Below, piece by piece: positions 36,856 to 49,723 of a stretch of 64,000 nt of DNA. The notes beneath the pieces were generated by a model, which was given only the letters and a program-made list of their open reading frames with translations, did not search any database and was not told the origin of the DNA. Every line of letters begins with the position of its first letter. Positions within the stretch are counted from its first letter, which is position 1. A program made the position numbers and the translations under genes. Source of the DNA: Puccinia triticina (taxonomy: Eukaryota); assembly GCA_026914245.1 (NCBI GenBank), contig CP110440.1, positions 434,001-498,000 of the forward strand. Direction: 5' to 3'.

Positions 36856-39679
36856 ATGATAGCACTGCTCCTTCACTTGCTCCAGTTCTTACCGGTTTCA
36901 CTTCACCCGCGATCACTATGGGATAATGCGGCGACCTTAAAACAGAGGGAACGGACCATCCGGCTGGCCGCAATCCTCAAGCATCAGGACACGTTCTCAA
37001 GTAACCTCGATGAATTCGAACTGACCGTTCTCAGCACGCCGGCCCACGAAATCGTCGCTCGGATCGGAGTGCAACGGCCAAATTGGAATGCTAAAAACGT
37101 CTTAAAGGCCTTCATAAAGGCTGCAATTCGCGCTCATGTTGAAACCAATTGTTTGGTGAGCCATTTTTTGAATCTCAGAATGAGAGGAAGCCGGCTTTAA
37201 TTCGCGGCTTTTCCTTTAGACAGAAGTCATGTTTGAAGAAGCGCTAGAGAGAGCAGACCAACTGGATCAGGAATTCGCAGCTACTGGACGGCTAAGGGGA
37301 AGGCTACATGGGATTCCGGTTAGCTTGAAGGATCAAGTCAATGTTAAAGGGTTTGATTCAACAATCGGATTGACTGAGTGCGCACAACAACGTTTCTGCA
37401 CTAATTTTTTAATTCCTCTGATTACAGAGCAACAAAGCCCAGGAAAGATTTATTCTTACGTTCTTGATCATGCGAAATACTATATTTTAAAACCACTGAC
37501 AGATTTGTGAATCAACCCGCCGAGGAAAATGCCCCAGTGGTCGACCGTCTGATTGAGGAAGGCGCAATCCCTTTCACCAAAACAAATGTTCCACAAGCGT
37601 ATGTAACTTCGCTTCCTTGGCGAGTGTTGTTCTACTTGAGGGTACAAACTCAATTCTCCAGAACGCAGCTGACCGGCAGAATCCCTTAGGCTGTTTTCAC
37701 TTGAATGTTCTAACCCAATATTCGGAGCCACTCACAATCCTTACAAACGTGGCTTTAGCTGCGGTGGTAGCTCTGGTGGTGAAGCGGCTTTGCTTGCAAG
37801 TGATGGTAGCTGTATGGGTATAGGGTAAGCATGTTAGTCTACTGACATTTCCTTTTTCTTAAATGACCGTGACTCATGCCACATCTCAGCTCCGATATAG
37901 CCGGAAGTCTTCGAATCCCGGCCCACTATTCAGGGTGCTACAGCTTAAAGCCGGTAAGGGAAATTCAAGAATCAGCAAATTTAACCTTTGTAACGCATCT
38001 TCTGAACAACCTGTTTCATTTCTGTCTGGAATTTGGTACATATACTGTAGTGGGAGATTCGTTCAAGACGGGCTGAGAGACTGTGATGATGGATACACGG
38101 AAATCTTAGGAGTGATTGGGCCCATGTTTGTCTACTCTCCTGATCGGTCTAGTAAGATTACTGGGTACCACAATTCTAAAGTTGCAATGCGCGTTCTATT
38201 CCAAGGGCTCGCTGTTGGGAAGATCTCGTTCTGTTGAGTCAAGTAATGCTCCACAAACCAGACCCCACGACGTCTCGCAAATTTGGATTGATTCCACTCG
38301 AAGATTTTCGATACGAGATATTTGACCCGCTGGTTGCTGGAGATACTCGACCTTCCCTGAAATTTGGCTTCTTCACTTCCGGTTAATTTTTGATTCAAAT
38401 CCACTCTGACCAAGCCTTATAAGCTAAGAGATCTGACTGCACCAATTTTCAAATTTGCAATAGATGACCTGATCGAGGCCAGTAGCCCTTGTCAAAGAGC
38501 TGTACGAGAGACTGTCGAAGCCTTAAAATTGGACGGGTATGATTGCATGGAAATCGATGTAAGTCGTTTAGATGGTGAGTGCTGCGACCATGAAGTAACT
38601 TCCGAAACAAAAAGGTTTTCATTTTTTTTATAGAAAATGCTCCGCCTCATGTCTCTAACATGAGTCACTAACATACCGCAACAATCCCTAGTTCTTGAAG
38701 GATTAATAATTTATGTTGGGCTGTCTAGTGCAGATGGATATCAGACAGGACTTTCCCATGTGGGCAGTGACCCTATGTAAGTTTGTTATGGCCTGCAATC
38801 TCCATTTGCAATCTACTGAATTACACCTCTTCAAAAGAGACAAGTCGATGTTTTTGACGACGATTGGGTGTTTGTTACCCAGTTGGCTTCGCTGGATAGT
38901 CTGCGGAGTGACAAGACACCTTCTGCGAGATGAAATCATGGCCAAGTTGATTGAAGCCAGCCGAGCGAAGAACACCACCGAACTTCAGAAGTGGAGAGTG
39001 CGGAAGGATGCGTACTGTCTGAAAGTCAGAAGTTATGTAAGTTCACTCAGTACACCGTGATCTTGGGGAAAACATATAATTTTGCCTAAGCTGAAACCTC
39101 ATGCCTTTCATTCATGTATATCTTGCTCGTATTGAGCTATGGGAAGAACTGGGTTTGGACGCGTTGATTTGTCCCACACAGGCTGTTACTGCTATTCCCA
39201 TTGGATCTTCGGCAAGTTTGATGCCTTTGATTTATTTAAATGACACTCACCAATAACTGCTGGTTAAAATTTTTCTCGTTTTTGTTCGCACGTGATAGTG
39301 GAACAAATCTTTCATCGCGGAATCCACGCTCATTTGGAATTTAGTAGACTCGACAGTGGGCCACATTCCGATCACACGCGTAAACGTCCAGAAAGATCTA
39401 GTCAGCAGTGGTGCAGGTTTGAAGAAGAGCTTGCGACAACCGGGGGAGGTATCCCAAGTGAAGGCCCTTTTGCCCAGTGTTGAACAAAGTGAAGGTTTAC
39501 CAGTGGGTATTCAAATGGTGTGTGGGCTTTGGGAAGAAGAGAAAACATTGGCCTTGATGGGTATTGTTGTTAAAAGTTGGAACAGTCGTCCTATTCAGAC
39601 CGCCCCCCTCTCAAGACCTGGTGATTTTATTTTGAAGAAACATAGGTTAAACTTAGGTGCCACTAATTCTAATCAATGA
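36856..39679 (+). CDS. Amidase-signature family enzyme (FAAH/acetamidase-like), paralog A; one splice acceptor appears mutated
   Basis: [38 protein letters not shown] and GLPVGIQ. Intron positions match paralog B. Confidence 0.9.
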
Positions 39680-39710
39680 AAATATCGGATATCATTATGT
39701 TTTAGTTCAT

Positions 39711-39808
39711 CTCTCTTTAGTGGCTTTTAGTCGTCTAAGTATGTAGTGACCGAAGTTGTCTCTTTAGTGGCTTATAGTCGTCTGAGTATGTAGTGACCCA
39801 AGTTGTCG
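39711..39808. repeat. 49-bp tandem duplication in the amidase A 3' region
   Basis: ctctttagtggcttWtagtcgtctRagtatgtagtgaccSaagttgtc occurs twice. Confidence 0.85.
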
Positions 39809-40439
39809 TCTGCAGTCGCTTCTTTGATTAGATATTATACTTTCCATCCTATTGGACATTATTTTCTCCAAACATTCAAATTTGTTTCACTCTTATTGCA
39901 TTCCTACTCTCAGGTTTGAATCCTCCATCAATTCTAAGGAACTGAAATCTCTTGCAGAGAGAGAGCTTGTAACTACAATGCCGTAGCATGGGTCGTAGTT
40001 GAGAACTATGCCCCCAAAAAACCTCATAGAGGTTCAGACAAGAATGTCAGCAAGAAGTGGGAACTGAAACTACTGGACAAACTGAAAGCTAAGTGGCAAT
40101 TATGGTATTCAAAATTGCATATGTCACTGTTTACATAAAATCATAAAGCCAATTTTGGCTGGAAGATCTCAGTGTGCATATGCATGCATAAAATTATGCA
40201 AACCAACTTTGAACACCATAAAAGTTGACTTGCATAAAATCATAACACCATGAAATCATAACATCTAGGCTGAAAAAAATATGTACCACCCAAGCATTCA
40301 AATTAGAGCAACATTTCTAAAATGGTACATATAAAATCATCATTTGAAAATTTAATGATTTTATGATTTCAACTTTGAACACCTTAAAAGTTGAAATCAT
40401 AAAATTTTTGAATCATAAAATCATAAAATCATAAAACTT

Positions 40440-41967
40440 GGGAGTTGAAAAATCGACTCACGGAAATTAAATTATTGACTCCCAAATGGCATTTACGTCG
40501 CACGGACCGGATCACGACGTCCACCCCCGGTACGCGGGACCAAAAGTTGACCCACGCGGATTTTGGGAGTCAGAAAATTAATTCCTCCCTTGAGAATGGG
40601 AGTCAAAAATTTAATTTTACAAAAATTCCACAAATATACAAATAAATTCATATCTCCTCAGTGGGGCACCCAAACCCCCCAAAAATTTTACAGTGGGCAG
40701 AATACCCTCTTAACAGCATATGAGGAGCTTCACGGCATTAGCACACCCCATGATAGGCATGTGCAGTTGGGGGTCAAATTTGGCTGATTTCCTACTAAGG
40801 AAATCAACCAAAGCCTTAGATACAGTGCCCCAAAGTGCACCAAACTTTTACAGTGGGAAAAATAACCTCTTGAAAGCATATGATGAGCTTCAAGGAAAAC
40901 ATAACATGAGAGATTTTCCATTTGAAAACATAACTTGCAAAACCATTTGAGGAAAACATCACATGGAAAATTATGGTCATTGTGACGGAGGGACTAACAA
41001 ATGAGGTGTAGGCACTATTGAATGTGTCAAGGGTACTAAAAGCTGTGGCAAATTTGGCGGAAACACTATTAGCAGTGGCAGTCGCACTATTATCTGTGGC
41101 GGCAGAGGGATTCTTAACTGTGGCAGGGGGACTATAACTGTGGCGGGGGGACTATAACTGTGGCGGGGAAACTAATAACTGAGGTGTAGGCACTATTAAC
41201 TGTGTCAAAGGGAATAAACACTGTGGCAAATTTGTTGGAAGGACTATTAACTGTGGTGGTCGCACTATTATCTGTGGCGGAGGGACTATTGCCTGCGGCG
41301 GGGCCAAAAGCCCCAGCTGCCTCTAATTTATTTCATGTGCTTGAGTTACTGCCTTTATGCTAAAAGTTTGGGTGGAGAGTAATAAAATTCATGAGCTAAA
41401 ATTTTGGTGCACTTTGAGGCACTGTAGCTAAGGTTTTGGTGGATTTCTTGAGCAGGAAATTGGCCAAATTTGACCCCCAACCACACATGCCTATTATGGG
41501 GTGTGCTAATGCCGTGAAGCTCATCATATGCTTTCAAGAGGGTATTCTTCCCACTGTAAAAGTTTGGTGCACTTTTGGGCACTGTATCTAAGGCTTTGGT
41601 TGATTTCCTTAGTAGGAAATCAGCCAAATTTGACCCCCAACCGCACATGCCTATTATGGGGTATGCTAATGCTGTGAAGCTCGTCATATGCTGTTAAGAG
41701 GGTATTCTGCCCACTGTAAAATTTTTGGGGGGTTTGGGTGCCCCACTGAGGAGATATGAATTTATTTGTATATTTGTGGAATTTTTGTAAAATTAATTTT
41801 TTGACTCCCATTCTCGAGGGAGGAATTAATTTTCCAACTCCCAAAATCCGCGCGGGTCAACTTTTGGTCCCGTGGACCGGGGGTGGACGTTGTGACCCGG
41901 TCCGTGCAACCTAAATGCCATTTGGGAGTCGATAATTTAATTTCCGTGAGTCGATTTTTCAACTCCC
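40440..41967. mobile_element. Foldback/MULE-like element with ~450-bp TIRs and an 8-bp TSD
   Basis: Termini gggagttgaaaaatcgactcacggaaa / tttccgtgagtcgatttttcaactccc. TSD taaaactt on both sides. Central actattaactgtggc tandem array at about 41010-41300. Confidence 0.92.
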
Positions 41968-42062
41968 TAAAACTTTTGGGTGATAATTTTTTATTTACCA
42001 TTTTCAAACTATTGCTCTGTTTTGAGTGTTTGGGTGGTACATATTTTTTCTGCTTAAAATTT

Positions 42063-42820
42063 CGGACTTACTTCGCGCACTGCGAAAAGCTCTTCGCGCA
42101 CTGTGCAGTGCGCAAAGTTTGCAAACACTTCGCGCACTGCGCGTGAAGGGCGCAACTTTTTCAAATTATTTTTTGACCAATCAATAGACAAGCTTATTAT
42201 TGTCCTCTGTGAATTTATTTGGAGTTTTTTGAAGCTTCCTTGTATGCTTAAAAATCCCACCAATAAAAAAAACAAGTACAGCCATTTGGGGACCTGGAAT
42301 TCATATTCCCACAGGCCAAAAAATCCAATTAATTTATTGAATCATATTAAACATGTATTTAAAAGTTTTAGAACTTTTTGGCCACTTTGTACAAGGACAA
42401 GGCTTTCAAAAACCAGTAACTGTTTCTCAAGATATGCCAAAATGCGCCAGTAAGTGGTGAACTTTCCTAATTTTTGAAAGCCTTATTCTTGCACAAAGTG
42501 GCCAAAAAATTCTAAAAAGTTTGAATTCATATGTATCATTATTCACTAAATTATTTGGATTTTTTGACTGGTGGGAATATGAATTCCAGGTCCCCAAATG
42601 GCTGTACTTGTTTTTTTTATTGGTGGGATTTTTAAGCATACAAGGAAGCTTCAAAAAACTCCAAATAAATTCACAGAGGACAATAAGAAGCTTTTCTATT
42701 GATTGGTCAAAAAATAATTTGAAAAAGTTGCGCCCTTCACGCGCAGTGCGCGAAGTGTTTGCAAACTTCGCGCACTGCACAGTGCGCGAAGAGCTTTTCG
42801 CAGTGCGCGAAGTAAGTCCG
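42063..42820. mobile_element. Almost fully palindromic foldback element with an 8-bp TSD; same termini as 3252-4669
   Basis: cggacttacttcgcgcactgcg / cgcagtgcgcgaagtaagtccg. About 350-bp arms. TSD taaaattt on both sides. Confidence 0.93.
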
Positions 42821-43630
42821 TAAAATTTTGTGATTTTATGGTGTTATGATTTTATGCAAGTCAACTTTGAACACCTTAAATACCATAAATGTGTAGTGTA
42901 TATACACCGCAGCACAGCACTGCAACCAAGCATCCATGTGGCTTGGGTAGCAAGTTAACAACACTGACCAATATTGAGTACCTGGTTGAAAAAAACTACT
43001 TGTTAATTTGTGCCAAACAGTAACACTAGTAGCAGGCTTTGGTCAGGCAAACCAATCCAGTGGTTCTGCCCAACCAGTTTTGCGGTGCGCGAACTTGGCT
43101 GCCACAACTGAGTTTTTGCAGTGCAAGTATAAATACTCCTGGGCCTATATAATTGTAGATTTGAAGGGGGGATACAATTGTACACATTTATAGATTGCAC
43201 CCATATCTGTATGCTCCCGTGTTTTATTTTACAGTTACACTGACTTAATCAAATGCAAGAAAGGAATTTATGCTGTTCTACAAAAGTGAAAGATATCATG
43301 CTTATTGCTTTGATCAATGGCCCTTGTTCCCGCATTAAGATTGCACATTTAAATTGAAGAATGATACATATCTTTGACTTCGGAAGAAACCAAAATGGGG
43401 ATGATACTTCTTTGTGCTGAAAGCGGTTGCTGAGGCTAGAGAGCCCATGATCATTCATATCTGAGAGGAGCATAAAATATCAATGAGGTCAAGGGCCGGA
43501 AAAATTATAATGAGACAAGATGGGGTGATTAGAACAGGGTATAAAAGGATAGTGTACAAGTGAATTCATTGAGGTACTAATAAATCAAGAATAAGTTCAG
43601 CTTCAAGAAGGTCCAAAGAGCATGCTTATG

Positions 43631-44799
43631 CTATCCGTCTTTTTCCTGTCGATGTGGAATTATGCTATGCCAGCTGACTGAAGAGAGGAGGCTGGAAAAT
43701 TTGGAATTTTTTGAAAATATAGAAGTGTGCAGCTTGGATGAGGTGCTCTGGGCACTGCCTGTTTTACCGATGAGCGTAGCATAAAGAATCTTGTAAGCTG
43801 TTTTGCCACATTTCATCAAAGGAAGTCAGCACTCACCGGTCCGCGTGGTGGCATTGTCGAGAGGGTAAGGGTCGCTGATGGGTAGACGCTGCATTTTCTT
43901 TTGGGAAGTATTTTCTGATACCAAAAACATTGGATATGAGGGTTGATTCCAGCTGCATCAACTGATGATACGAATGATAAACAAAGCTCACTGGTTTGAT
44001 CACAGTTCAGGCCGACTAGTGCGTCTAGGCCTGAAAAGGAGAATGAAGATAAACACTTTGATCGACGTCGATGGCTCGGTGGCATAGTGGAGAGACCAGG
44101 ATCATTTAACAAGGGCATGCTCCGCGCTGATCGGAGTTTGGGGTGGAGATTTTCCTCCGAAGCAGCATCCGCCTGGGGCTTGACTACGTCCTGGCGTGTT
44201 GAACACTTCACTGAAACAAACGGGTGATATGCTTCAACAGTTTTTCGGTGGTGTGTGTTTAGCTCATCGTTGAAGTTAACCCGCAGGCACTTACTTTCCT
44301 CGTGAGCCAATGCTTTATCATTGATGTGGGGATCGATGTACTTTTTAGCCCATAGCTTCGTTCGCTGAACTCGTGACCTTCGCTTCAGGTTGGGGCTGGA
44401 AGCGGTTGACCGGAAGAGAAGAGATTGGAGGGGCCAACTGCCTGATGGACCGGAGTCAGATGTGATTGCCTCACTGCTTCTTCTCTCTTTCATCAATCGA
44501 TGCTCATTACAGAGTGTAGCCACAAGCATAGAATCAAAGTGTCTTTCCTGTAAAGATGTTGCTTTAGCTAATAGAGAAGGATAGATTGGTGAGTAGCGTT
44601 TAGTAAGGAAATCGAGTTAGCATACACTAATCTTTGGTTCCGAGTTGGTCAGTCCAACCTGCCCCCGTGGCAGTCGTTTGGCGTTGGCGAAATCTAGGGG
44701 CTCATCAAGAAGATCATCCGGTTTACCGCAACAGTGAAAGCTCAACCCGGAATCTTTCGATGAATTCTTCAAGCGGAAAAATTTCCTCGTCCGTGCCAT
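43631..44799 (-). CDS. Hypothetical protein, about 3 exons, Ser/Arg-rich; 3' end uncertain
   Basis: MARTRKFFRLK exon, a gtatgc...ag intron near 44568-44625, a 237-aa open frame and a gtgagt donor near 43836. No recognisable domain. Confidence 0.55.
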
Positions 44800-46804
44800 A
44801 GTTCAAGTAATGGAGTAATCAAAATATCATGTCTGAAACGGATTGAGTGACTGCGTGGCAGAGTTGACAAGAGTCTTGTGCTTAGAGAGTATAGCAAAAA
44901 AATTCAAGCATTATGATTGGTTGCTGATGAGTTCAGCTTATGACTGGTCAAAAGAATTTCCTGGAGCGACCATGTTGAATGTTCGCCTAGCTTTGGCTAT
45001 CACCCCGGCAGAAGTACTGTAGAGAGAAATTCACTGGATTGCTACCGCTTCTGCTGAACCGGCCAGCGGTAAAAAAATGTTGGGTAGGGTTCGAACCCTA
45101 TTTCCAACAGGGACAGGAAGAGCTACCGAGATCAAGGTGCAAACATGTCACACCTGATTTCAGTACATAAGGAGTTTATCCCCCTTTCGACAAACAAAGA
45201 CCTCTCTCGGGGTGAACTGAGACGGAACAGATCAAGACCGGTGAAAATACCGAAAGTGGTGTGTCGAGGATGGGAGTGACTCCATCTTCCCTGGGGGAAA
45301 AACATACATACCCCGACCCACTGGTGCCCCCAATGGCCCTGGATCTGTTCGGAAAACGCGCTGTATGTATGCGTAACACGAGGTAACCGTAACGAGAGCG
45401 CGGATTTTGCCCTTCAAACTTTCACTGGGCTCTATGTATGCGTACCTTCAGTGATTGAGGTTGATGATCAGGTTGGCGCGGGTTGGCGATTTCCGTCTCC
45501 TGATCTTGAACTTACTAGAAGCAAAGTTCTGCTAGAGGAAAGAAACTGGACCATGTCTGCGTGGCTCCCAAACAATTATTAACCTGACGGCTCCTACGTA
45601 TTTATTCATGTAGGTGCGCCCGACTTTGACACTTGGTAATCTGTTTATCAAGTAAAAGTTTGGGGAAAAGGAGAGTCGAAATCTTCGAATAAGTTCAGAG
45701 CATCAAGTTATCAACTGCAAAGTTCCTTCGACTGGCAAGCGGAAAACAATCGTCGCCTCGAGCCTGACCAATAAACTCAAAATATCGAAAATCATAAGGA
45801 CACGTACACTTTTCCCAAACTTGATACCCTTGACTTATATTGTCAAATCGCCTACCCTACTGCCAAATATCCCCTTACAGTTTATTGAATCATTCCCTTT
45901 CTGTTTCTCAGGAGCTTCGGTGCCATAGTAGGATACTCAATCCTAGGCAGCAACCCCTCAAACGCTTGAGGTCAAACCCCGACTCGAGCCTGATCAAGGG
46001 GAATCGGGACCTCCATCGGGGTCCCGGGATGGAGAGGGACGAAATAGAATCTTGGTTTGTTGCATCTCTTGGGGGGTGTTTATTCTTTTTGAAAATCGCC
46101 GGTACATAGGCGACATGCTGAGTGGAGTGAAAAGAAGTTTTCCGATTTTCGTGTCTTTGGGGCGACGATCTAAATGGATGAAGCTTAAGGAAACTAACAT
46201 CTCGTTGAAAACTCGTCAAATACATACAACTGCGATTGACTCAACATCGGCCTCAAGAATGAAAATAGATACTATTGATGAAAGAAACAGCAAGCGTCAT
46301 AAGCTACCCAGCAACTTGAAGCCATCAACTATTCTAACTTCTTGGTCAGTGCCGATGTGTTGTGATGTAATTGTCATCGTCGGAGGTGACAGGAGTACAT
46401 ATTCGTGCAAAGCACTTACAAACCAAATTCACCCACATTTGAGGCTTGCTTTGATGGACATGGAAACAAAGATGTGCATCCGGGAAGTTGTGAACGTAAC
46501 GATGACCACTCCGCGGCGGCTCCCACCGAGAACTAACTTGACACAAGCCCCCCTGGTGGCAGGCAGGCTTGGCTGGCGGCGATATCGAGAGCGCTCCGCG
46601 CGGGTTCCCCGGACCACCGTTCAAGTGGCTTTGTTATAACTGAGAGCATTCACATTGGCCGGGTTACAAGGCAAGTTGATCCAATCAAGCATGCTTGAGG
46701 ACAGGGGGGTTCACAATTGAAATTTGCAAAACTTTAGGACACATTTTTTAAGGTGTTTATCAACATTTTTTTTAAAAAATTGACATGATGTGCTGATTGA
46801 CCAG

Positions 46805-47397
46805 TGTGGAACTTCTCACGGTTGGGGAGAAAGAGCTTGGAGAGTTTAGAGTGCTTGAAGGGCTGCTCTCCGGTTACTCTGGGAGAAATAGCACGAAGAA
46901 AATAAAGATTTGTGGCTTCTTTTTATCTTTCTAGGCGCTGCTACTATGAAATACTTGTGTCAATCACTTTTAAGGCGCAGAGTAGGGAGTTTTTGGCGAA
47001 GTTGAGGTCAAATTTAGGGGTTTTAAATCTCAAGGGCACAATTTATAATGATCAATTTCAATTTACAAGATGTGATGAAAGCTAAATAGTAATGTGGTAC
47101 TATCTCTCTAATGCTGACATCGGGAAGAAAAAGGCCACAAAATGGGCTTCTTTTATAGACAAAAGAACCAATATCAGACTAGCTTTTAATCTTAGAAGAT
47201 TTACAACTATGTAATGAAATTGTAGTTACATATGAGCCTTGGCTTTTCTATATGTACATGATTTTTAGTCTGGAATACTTCTCAAAGATGTTAAACAATT
47301 CTTAGAAGTGAGTACTAGATTGAAGTGTAAAGAAAATTACTGTAAATCTCTTTTTATACTACTTTTGTATATATAAGTGGCTATTTCAGAAGTATTA
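46805..47397 (-). mobile_element. Truncated LTR-like remnant related to 1086-2071
   Basis: On the minus strand it ends gagaagttccaca, shares gcagcccttcaagca and has a TATA-like tctataaaaag. Confidence 0.55.
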
Positions 47398-47443
47398 GGC
47401 CCCGTTTGGATGCCCGGTGTGATATTATAAATCACATAATAAT

Positions 47444-47622
47444 TGTGGTGTTCAAAATTGATTTTCAAACCACTTTCTACATAAAATCATAAGATCTACA
47501 TGTCCAAACTTTTGATGGGGTGAAAGTTGAGGGTTCTCTTCATTTCAAGCACCTCTCAAAACTTTGATAAATCTTATGATTTTATGTAAAATGATATTCA
47601 AAAATCAATTTTGAACACCCTA
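47444..47622. mobile_element. TAWGGT-family-related MITE
   Basis: ggtgttcaaaattgatttt / aaaatcaattttgaacacc. TSD aat/aat. Confidence 0.85.
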
Positions 47623-47954
47623 AATATACATAACACAAAAGTGAAAAGCCAATTGTCATAAAATCAATTATGCAACCAGCACATTTATGACAGGTCTGTT
47701 TGGCGCGTCCACTCAATAATCATTTGGTACTCATTTATTACAAGTCTGTTTGGCAAACCAAAATTCACTCGGTGTCATACACACTCATCACCATCCTTCA
47801 CAATGTCGCCTCCCAGCATGCTTCAAAAAAAACAACAGTACCAGCTCCGACAAAAGAGGATGGCACTTTTCATCATTATCCTGATTGGCCTCCGTCAGTG
47901 GTTGAAGACAATCAAACATCCATACAACAATAGCATCTTAACGCGTCATCAATC

Positions 47955-48512
47955 TTGATGACCCAACCAGTCATCGAGAGGGACTCTACACCCTCTCGAC
48001 GACCAGACAAGTCATTGAGAGGGATTCTACACCCTCTCCATGACTGGTTGAAACCAGTCATTGAGAGGGACTCTACACCCTCTCGATGTCCGGTCAACCA
48101 CTCATCGAGAGGGTGAGTCCCTCTTGATGACCGGATGATTCTACACCCTCTTGATGAGTGGTTGACCGGATATCAAGAGGCTGTAGAGTCCCTCTCGGTG
48201 ACCGGTCAAGCAGTCATCAAGAGGATGTAGAATCCCACTCAATGACTGTGTGACTGCTTGACCGGTCACCAAGAGGGACTCTGCACCCTCTTGATATCCG
48301 GTCAACCACTCATCAAGAGGGTGTAGAATCATCCGGTCATTGAGAGGGACTCACCCTCTTGATGAGTGGTTGACCGGACATCGAGAGGGTGTAGAGTCCC
48401 TCTCAATGACTGGTTTCAACCAGTCATGGAGAGGGTGTAGAATCCCTCTCAATGACTTGTCCGGTTGTTGAGAGGGTGTAGAGTCCCTCTTGATGACTGG
48501 TTGGGTCATCAA
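47955..48512. repeat. Long imperfect palindrome built from tcatcgagaggg/ccctctcgatga units
   Basis: Arms about 47955-48216 and 48251-48512 around a ~34-bp loop. Confidence 0.9.
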
Positions 48513-49723
48513 CAGGTGAAGTCCTCTTTGATGACCGGTTGAACGGTCATCAAGAGGGTGTCCTCTGGATGGCCTGTCAAACTGGCCATCCAGAAGTTGA
48601 TGCGTGCTCTTCGATGACCGGTTGACCGGTCATCAGGAGGTTGTGTAGTACTCCCTAGATGACTGGCCAGTACACATGTATGTAGCCATGGGCCAGCCAT
48701 TTATCACCCGGAAATAGAGGTCAGGACCTCTATTTCCGGAATGACTGGGGGAATAAATTTCCCGTTGTGGTGAACAAAAGAGATCACTACGCAGAATTGT
48801 CAGGACCTCCGCTGCTCCAAGATGATTCCCGGGTAAAGTCGGGTGATCTGGGAAACTCCGCTCCGCTCCGCAAGTACGTGTAGGGGCATCATGATCCAAG
48901 AGAATGAGTCAAGTAACATATAAATAACCTCAAAGATACGTAGAAAAGTCGCAATCCACCGTAAAATCCGCCATAAAGTAAACACAAAACAACTCCGCCA
49001 TAAGTAAAAATAATATTCCTCCGTAAAGAATCCCGTAACCAAGTAATAATAAGAACAATCCCAGATCCATGGATGGATTGATGGGGAAAAACTCTCCCCC
49101 CCCATCTCCGTGCAAAAAGAGAAAACCATCCTCCTCCGCCCGCCTCTCACGCACGCCATCCGCCAAGCCCCGCTCCCACAACCACGCACGTCATCCGCCC
49201 ATTCCGCTCTCACACGGATCTTCTGTCTACATCACCGCACGTCATCGCCCATCGTTGGACTCCTCTCGCCTTAGCTTCCTCGCCCCTGTCTAGCCTTCAA
49301 TGCCGGGATCCCACACGCCGCCTCCGCCCCAGCTACGCCCGCTGACGTAGCCCGCTTTGGCTGCCACGGCTTCCCCCGGTCACAGCCTATACTATCCAGT
49401 CCGCGCCGGCCTGCTTAAGTTGAGTCCAGCTCCGCCGCCGCCGCACTGCTGACATAACCCCGCGCTCCGCCTCATGAACATTTTACGCACTGTGCCGCTC
49501 CGCGCCAGCCTTGCGGAATCCGCAGCCCGCAACCTCCGCAAACCCTTGCGGACAAATCCGGGTCCCCGACCCAGTTTTAGCATCACACCGTTATACTGAG
49601 TAATGAATTTTACGATATAACTGGCCGGCCCAAACACATATAAATGAGGTGTTATACCCCAAGCACCCCCGGTTATAAGTCGCGCAATTTATAACCAAAA
49701 TTGGGGCGTCCAAACAGGGCCTC

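Larger units (their letters stand above)
40101..42887. mobile_element. Nest of at least four TAWGGT-family elements plus two foldbacks
   Basis: Outer element aat|tatggtattc...aataccata|aat. Internal right ends gaacaccata (40220) and gaacacctta (40386, 42878). Confidence 0.85.
47398..49721. mobile_element. PIF/Harbinger (Tourist)-like non-autonomous element
   Basis: 18-bp TIR ggccccgtttggatgccc / gggcgtccaaacagggcc (2 mismatches). Flanks tta/tca. Contains a MITE and a palindromic array. Confidence 0.7.

Noticed and set aside
45078..45109. tRNA-like T-arm gggttcgaaccc followed by a T-run on the minus strand
   Set aside because: It is a simple palindrome (tagggttcgaacccta within tgttgg/ccaaca). 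No cloverleaf or A-box could be built.
46052..46639. 195-aa ORF
   Set aside because: Non-ATG start with no recognisable motif or splice support, so it cannot be supported as a gene.
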